DNA of 40,146 bases, taken from a virus (taxonomy: Duplodnaviria > Caudoviricetes). The notes beneath the pieces are model-generated. The model was not told the origin of the DNA and ran no database searches. It saw only the letters and a list, made by a program, of their open reading frames with translations. Positions 34,977-40,146 of the stretch are shown here, piece after piece (the stretch's first letter is position 1; each line of letters starts with the position of its first letter). Both the position numbers and the translations under genes were made by a program. The stretch lies in IMG/VR virus record IMGVR_UViG_3300033076_000621, positions 1 to 40,146 of that record. One strand, 5' to 3'.

Positions 34977-37877
34977 ATGCGATCACTCATTCTCTGTTTG
35001 CTATCGATAGTCCCAGCGTGGGCGCTACAAAACGGCGACTTCAGCGGAAGCAACTATCTCTCGTTCACTGGGCCGTCTACATCGCTCACTGACTACCGGA
35101 TTGAGTTCAGACTGAGCGGCTTTGCTGCGGCGGGTACGCAGGGAGTCATGGGAAATAATGGGTCAAGCGGGCCGCACTGCTTTCTGGTCAGTGGGACGAC
35201 GGACCTTCGGTGTCGTGATTTCACAGGGGCAGGTGACCATGTGACGATCTCGCTGTCGGGTCGAACTGACGTGCGTGTGCGCTTCCAGCGGTTTTACAGC
35301 ACTGGCGTTCGCTTGCTGGAGATTTGGAACTCAGACGGTACGAACTACACCTCGTCTTCGATCACTAACGCCGTGGCAACCATTTCCTTCGGTAATACGC
35401 AGTATGTCGGGGCCTACTTCGGCGCTGGTTCTGAATGCGATTGCGTGATTGGCTTTGCCAGATGGTGGACGAGTACGATCACTGCTGGATCGTCGGCACC
35501 ACCGGACACTTTGCTTCTCGGCTACGCCAATCTCGTGGATTTGGAGTTGGAAGGCAACACCGACGACAGCGGACCAAGCGCGGTCACGGTCACAACCACT
35601 GGCGGCGCTCTATCCTACACCACGACCGTTCTCTACCCGCCTTCCGCCGCGATCACGTCGAGCGGCGCGGCTCGGGCTGGGGCCACTTACGCGCTATCCG
35701 GGGTGTCGTCGTCAAACCTCACAACGGACTCGCCGTTGTTGTATTTCTGGCAGTCAACAGTGTGGACCACCGCCGCGCCGACGTTCTCCAGCCGTACCAC
35801 ATCGACGACTAATGTGACCATTCCAACTGCACAGACGGCGACGATTCTGCTGCGGGTGACGGATGGCATCGGACAGGTAGGCACAACTACAACCACACTG
35901 GGGTCGGTCGCAACAGATAGCACCTCGGTTGTTATAGGCACAGATTCCACACTAGCTTCTGTACTCGGTGTAAACCTACGCAGTGGCGCGGCTCTGTGGA
36001 CGTGGTTCGATCTCAAGGAAAAGGCGATCGCCGACGCGCTCATTGCCACCATCCCAGAGGCCCCAGGCGACACACCAGCGGCAGGCACACTCACGCTCAC
36101 TTCTGGAAGTGCTGCGGTGACGGGCAGTGGCACCTCGTTTCTATCCACTTTTTCGTGCAATGGGACCGATATCGTGGTGGTTCTCTACCCGCTGGCAGTC
36201 GGCACGGGACGGCGGGCATACACGGTTAGTTCATGCGCTTCAGATACGGCAATGACGCTGGCGACGGTCTACGACGCACCGTCTTCCCCATCGTCCCCGT
36301 CAGGCGTCCAGTACCAGCAGATGAGCACGGATACTTCCGCTTCCTGGGTGAACGGGTCTAACAATTGGAACTACTATGACGCGGTGGTGGCCTTCTACCG
36401 GCTGTACTACCGGACGGGCGACACCACGTATCGAGACGCCGCCCGTTCCTTAGCCGACAAATGGTGGAAATACCCGTATGACGGTGGGCGGGCGTGGGAG
36501 TACGGCGACGGAGCCTATCAACTCAACCCGCGCATTGCTGCTGGCTTTGGATTGATGTTGCGGGCGAATGATGGGAAGAGTGAGTATTGGCCCGGTATTT
36601 TAAATCAGGTCACGGCGCAGTACGCGAGCTGGCTTAGCGGCTACTACCCTTTCCAGCCAAACCAAGGCATCGGTGAAATTCGTGAACAGGGCTACGCCTT
36701 TCTGTACACCCAAGCACTCTCCATGCTGCACCCAAATGGAGCCACACGCACGACATGGGCGGCTAACGCGGCGCTGGCTAGAGATTACTTTATCGCCAAT
36801 CAGACAGCTTATGGCGGATGGAAGTTTGAATTGGGCGCGAATCAAAATTACTACGGCGCTGGCAATTTCCCTTGGCAGGGCTTTGCGCTCATGCAGGCGC
36901 TCAGGCTGAATTACGAGGCCACCGGCAGCAGTGCCGCGAAGGCGTCCCTGAAGGCATACGTCGACTACCTGCTAGTTGAAGGCATTGACCCGACCAACGA
37001 CGGCGGGTTCTACGAGGACAGCTACTTCACGTTCTGCCCTGACTACGCGGCTGAAAAGACCGGAACGGTCACGGCAACCAACGGTAGCACCACGGTTACT
37101 GGCAGCAGCACTTTATTCCAAACTCAGTACGCTTGCAACGGCACTGATACGATCGCCATTCAGGACTCGACTGGGTTCAGGCGCGGATACACCGTGGCGT
37201 CCTGCTCCTCGCAAACGGCCATGACTCTCGCGGCCACCTACGCCGGATCGACGGAGAGCGGGCTTCGCATCCTGCAATACGCGGGCGCCGGCACAACGCC
37301 GCCTTCGGCCTGCCATGTTTCCTATGGCACAGCACCATCGGATGTGAGCGCGGCGCGGACGCTTTTGAACGGCATCCACTGGGGCCTTGGGTGGGCGTAC
37401 ACCGAGTACGGGACGCCATCATACTTGACTGATGGGGATGTTCTATTCGGACAGAACTTAGGCCTGGGCGGCCCGGATAACGACGGAATCGTTGGCCACT
37501 ATGCGGATGTGGTCAGCGGAGGTTCCGCGCCGTCCTACCTCGCCCAGACGTATCTATCCAAGGAATACGCCTTCGTTGGCGGAGCGCCTGGGTCGCAAGG
37601 GTATTTGGCATGGCGCGTGGGGGGCGGGGTGCCGCTCTCAACAACAAGCATCACTGTTACGGTCAAGCGGTCGGCTGTGCCTACTGCCACCAAGGTGCGC
37701 GTGACGATCACCCAGCCATCTGGCGCGACGGCGACCAACACATGCGCGGCGGATACCTGCACCGTCAGCGGCATTGACACCCGGCAAGGATCGCGGGCGC
37801 TGATGCGCCTGGAGTACCTCTCCGCTGGCGATGTTGTGCTGGCCGTGAGCGACCAGCAGTCAGTTCCAATCGCATAG
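34977..37877 (+). CDS. large signal-peptide-bearing modular protein (ConA/LamG-like, PKD-like, two fibre-type modules, aromatic helical domain)
   Basis: MRSLILCLLSIVPAWA|LQ; LELEGNTDDSG; YFWQ..LRVTD; YRLYYRTGDTTYRDAAR; 12 mature Cys. Confidence 0.8.
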   Translation: MRSLILCLLSIVPAWALQNGDFSGSNYLSFTGPSTSLTDYRIEFRLSGFAAAGTQGVMGNNGSSGPHCFLVSGTTDLRCRDFTGAGDHVTISLSGRTDVRVRFQRFYSTGVRLLEIWNSDGTNYTSSSITNAVATISFGNTQYVGAYFGAGSECDCVIGFARWWTSTITAGSSAPPDTLLLGYANLVDLELEGNTDDSGPSAVTVTTTGGALSYTTTVLYPPSAAITSSGAARAGATYALSGVSSSNLTTDSPLLYFWQSTVWTTAAPTFSSRTTSTTNVTIPTAQTATILLRVTDGIGQVGTTTTTLGSVATDSTSVVIGTDSTLASVLGVNLRSGAALWTWFDLKEKAIADALIATIPEAPGDTPAAGTLTLTSGSAAVTGSGTSFLSTFSCNGTDIVVVLYPLAVGTGRRAYTVSSCASDTAMTLATVYDAPSSPSSPSGVQYQQMSTDTSASWVNGSNNWNYYDAVVAFYRLYYRTGDTTYRDAARSLADKWWKYPYDGGRAWEYGDGAYQLNPRIAAGFGLMLRANDGKSEYWPGILNQVTAQYASWLSGYYPFQPNQGIGEIREQGYAFLYTQALSMLHPNGATRTTWAANAALARDYFIANQTAYGGWKFELGANQNYYGAGNFPWQGFALMQALRLNYEATGSSAAKASLKAYVDYLLVEGIDPTNDGGFYEDSYFTFCPDYAAEKTGTVTATNGSTTVTGSSTLFQTQYACNGTDTIAIQDSTGFRRGYTVASCSSQTAMTLAATYAGSTESGLRILQYAGAGTTPPSACHVSYGTAPSDVSAARTLLNGIHWGLGWAYTEYGTPSYLTDGDVLFGQNLGLGGPDNDGIVGHYADVVSGGSAPSYLAQTYLSKEYAFVGGAPGSQGYLAWRVGGGVPLSTTSITVTVKRSAVPTATKVRVTITQPSGATATNTCAADTCTVSGIDTRQGSRALMRLEYLSAGDVVLAVSDQQSVPIA

Positions 37878-37907
37878 CACTTTGTTTCGCAAAGGTTGAT
37901 TTAGTGC

Positions 37908-37954
37908 TGGACAGGCGCAGAGTGCGCGTGTACTCTTGTGTTGTGAGCAACACA
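37908..37954 (+). promoter_or_regulatory. early promoter with two palindromes
   Basis: TGGACA-17-TACTCT; GCGCA-gag-TGCGC in spacer; TGTGTTG-tgag-CAACACA over start codon. Confidence 0.65.
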
Positions 37955-38098
37955 GAAACCACACAGGACCAACGGAAGCCGGTGCAAGTCACCATGCGAC
38001 CGTCTGTGTACCAAATCGCCAAGGAAAAGGCCGTCGAACAGGGTACGCACCCGGGCCGCATCATCGAAGTCGCATTGCTGAAACTGGTGAAAAAATGA
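37943..38098 (+). CDS. ribbon-helix-helix (Arc-like) regulator, probably leaderless
   Basis: RKPVQVTMRPSVYQIAKEKAVEQGTHPGRIIEVALLK; GTG 6 nt after -10. Confidence 0.7.
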   Translation: MSNTETTQDQRKPVQVTMRPSVYQIAKEKAVEQGTHPGRIIEVALLKLVKK

Positions 38099-38280
38099 GC
38101 CAGCCAACCACATTCCGCACTCACTCCGGGCCGTCCACCATTCATGACTGCCGTATCAATCGGGCGTGGTCCGAGTACGCCCAAACGATCGACATAACCG
38201 GAACTACCAGGCAGCAACGGGAAGCACTGCGGGCGGCTTTTTACGCTGGCGCCGTGGCGCAGAAGGGCGGCAAACAGTGA
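38095..38280 (+). CDS. hypothetical protein
   Basis: ATGA overlap; RAAFYAGA motif. Confidence 0.7.
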   Translation: MSQPTTFRTHSGPSTIHDCRINRAWSEYAQTIDITGTTRQQREALRAAFYAGAVAQKGGKQ

Positions 38281-38369
38281 GCCCGCGCAACTTCAACCGG
38301 GCGTGCTACGGCGTGGCCGGGTTCGCGCTGATCCTTCACGCCATCGCTTTTTCTTTGGCCGGAAAGTAG
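38277..38369 (+). CDS. 30-aa single-TM peptide
   Basis: GTGA overlap; YGVAGFALILHAIAFSLA. Confidence 0.5.
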   Translation: MSPRNFNRACYGVAGFALILHAIAFSLAGK

Positions 38370-38375
38370 GACACC

Positions 38376-38612
38376 ATGGACTGCGACAAGATCATCAACG
38401 AGATCGACCAACTTATTGCCGACGCCAAGGAAGCATTTGGCGAACACTCGGACACTGTGCGGCTCCTTCGGGATGCCTACAAGGTGGCCGAGAAGGAAGC
38501 CGAAGAACTGGCCGAATGGCAGCGACTTGGCGACCAGCAGGAATACGCCGCCGCACACGCTGCGGGGCGAATATCAGACGCGAGAGCGATTAACCAGGAG
38601 TGGAAACGATGA
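38376..38612 (+). CDS. hypothetical protein
   Basis: AGGA RBS; acidic helical. Confidence 0.7.
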   Translation: MDCDKIINEIDQLIADAKEAFGEHSDTVRLLRDAYKVAEKEAEELAEWQRLGDQQEYAAAHAAGRISDARAINQEWKR

Positions 38613-38899
38613 ACAATCCGTACACGGAAAAAAAGAGCGCGTTTATGACCCGAAACAATGCCACCGAACTCGCCGTGGCGATTGCGATGCAGGTGGACGA
38701 CTACTACAGCGGCCTGAACAAGAAGGACGCCGGGAAGCTGGCCCGCGCCATTGAGGAGGTGCATGGGCCGCGCACCGCCAGCGTGGTGCAGGACGGCAAA
38801 GGCAGCGACACCTACTCATGTGGCCGCGTGATGCCCCGCCCCGCCGTCACCCGCAAGCCGCGCACCAAGAAGCCCACTGACGCCACGGCGGTGAAGTAG
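38609..38899 (+). CDS. hypothetical protein
   Basis: AGGAG RBS; ATGA overlap. Confidence 0.7.
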   Translation: MNNPYTEKKSAFMTRNNATELAVAIAMQVDDYYSGLNKKDAGKLARAIEEVHGPRTASVVQDGKGSDTYSCGRVMPRPAVTRKPRTKKPTDATAVK

Positions 38900-38901
38900 C
38901 C

Positions 38902-39717
38902 ATGAGCGAAACCCAACTGGCCACGGTCCAACCCGCAGCCATGACGGCACCGGAGGGCAAGCAGCCCTCCATGCTTCAAGCGGTGATGCAAGCGGCCATG
39001 AACCCGGATCTGGACCCAGAGCGCGTCGAGAAGTTCCTCGCCATGGGGATGCAGCTTGAGGCCGACAAACGGGCGCAGGAGTTCGCCGCAGCCTTTGCCG
39101 CCGCCAGCCTGCAAATCTCGGCCATCAAGATAACCAAGGCTGGCGAAATAACGTATCAAGGCAAGAATGGCGCCCCCTCCAGCGTAATTAAGTTCATCAA
39201 ACACGACGACATCAGCCGCGTCATCAAGCCGATTCTCGCCGAACACGGGTTGGTTGCCACCTACTCGGCCGAGATCCTGCCGAATCCGCCGAAGGCCGTT
39301 ACCGTCATGACCGTGATGCACCGGAACGGACACAGCCGCGAATGGCGTTCAATTCCGATGCCGTTGGTGGACTCTGGAGGGGGCAAGAATGACGTGCAAG
39401 GCGCTGGCAGCATCAGCACCTACGGGCGCCGATTCGTCACCGTGGCGGCGTTCGACATCGTGGCCGAGGGCGACGACAACGACGGCAATCTGAACGCCAC
39501 GCAGGCGCATCCCATCACGCAGGATCAGGCCGACACTATCGCCAACATCCTGCACGAGCTGAACAACCGTGAGCCGGGAAGCTCCAACAAGTTCAACAAC
39601 TGGATCCGCCAGCAGTTCCGCGTCGAATCCGTGGGCCAGCTTTTGCAGGGCGACCAATACCAGGAAGTCATGGCCAAACTGAACGAAAAGCAGCGGGCGG
39701 CGGGGATGAAGCGATGA
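38902..39717 (+). CDS. erf: ERF-family single-strand annealing protein
   Basis: IKPILAEHGL, HRNGHS, QGAGSISTYGRRF, DDNDGN motifs. Confidence 0.92.
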   Translation: MSETQLATVQPAAMTAPEGKQPSMLQAVMQAAMNPDLDPERVEKFLAMGMQLEADKRAQEFAAAFAAASLQISAIKITKAGEITYQGKNGAPSSVIKFIKHDDISRVIKPILAEHGLVATYSAEILPNPPKAVTVMTVMHRNGHSREWRSIPMPLVDSGGGKNDVQGAGSISTYGRRFVTVAAFDIVAEGDDNDGNLNATQAHPITQDQADTIANILHELNNREPGSSNKFNNWIRQQFRVESVGQLLQGDQYQEVMAKLNEKQRAAGMKR

Positions 39718-40146
39718 AAAACACAATCTTGATCATGCGGTCGTGCGGACCTGATCTCCGCTCGTACAATGATTTTCAATGGCCGGAATATGGCCCCGTC
39801 GCCGCGCCCGACTGGAAAGCCACGGAAGAATGCGGTAATGGGCTCCACGGCTTCCTATGGGGCGAAGGTGATTACTACCTGGCGAATCAAGCGCCCGATG
39901 CCAAATGGCTCGTCGTTGAAACTGACGGCGCGAACGTGATCGACCTGGGCGGCAAAGTGAAGTTTCCATCGGGCACGGTTGTCTTCTGCGGGGAAGCCAA
40001 AGGCGCAGCCGCCTACATCCAGGCCAACGGGGGAGCCGGAAAAAAGGTCATACACGGCATTGCGACGGCGGGAGACGCTGGCACCGCGACGGCGGGAGAC
40101 GCTGGCACCGCGACGGCGGGATACGCTGGCACCGCGACGGCGGGAG
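39714..40146 (+). CDS. 5' part of octapeptide-repeat phage protein (DUF7666-like N-terminal domain), runs off the end
   Basis: MKNTILIMRSC...FQWPEYG.V.APDW....CGNGLHGFLWGEG...IDLGGKVKFP...IATAGDAGTATAGDAGTATAGYAGTATAG. Confidence 0.88.
   Translation, partial: MKNTILIMRSCGPDLRSYNDFQWPEYGPVAAPDWKATEECGNGLHGFLWGEGDYYLANQAPDAKWLVVETDGANVIDLGGKVKFPSGTVVFCGEAKGAAAYIQANGGAGKKVIHGIATAGDAGTATAGDAGTATAGYAGTATAG
40056..40146 (+). repeat. 24-bp coding tandem repeat
   Basis: GGCA(TT/CC)GCGACGGCGGGA + GACGCT, GACGCT, TACGCT; last 9 nt equal first 9 nt of window. Confidence 0.97.

Noticed and set aside
40056-40146. Direct terminal repeat, or an ice-nucleation gene
   Set aside because: End identity is explained by an assembly break in a tandem repeat; octapeptides only loosely resemble AGYGSTxT and the array is short

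Overview
The window is most likely a near-complete, circularly permuted genome (~40.1 kb) of a GC-rich P22-like podovirus. Both ends fall inside the same 24-bp coding tandem repeat of one gene. Early/middle region: ERF annealing protein, lambda-type exonuclease, RuvC-like resolvase, helicase-methyltransferase fusion, a replication initiator with an inserted T5orf172/GIY-YIG domain, two small ribbon-helix-helix regulators and many small ORFs. Late region: TerS, TerL, GroES, portal, a beta-helix tailspike-like protein, scaffold, P22-type coat, two gp4-like adaptors, a gp10-like hub, three ejection proteins and holin-like genes. I could not recognise an integrase, CI-type repressor, DNA polymerase, tape measure or endolysin. 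The most striking signal is five late genes whose products look like capsid-decoration or tail-fibre proteins but carry Sec signal peptides and even numbers of cysteines (2, 8, 6, 12, 12), suggesting export and disulfide-dependent maturation of virion appendages outside the cytoplasm. Also notable: seven genes that appear leaderless, two antisense membrane-protein genes flanking the lysis region, and a structured leader plus coupled uORF before the replication initiator. An Acidobacteriota host is my guess from protein style, not a search result. All family calls are by-eye motif recognition; no searches were run.
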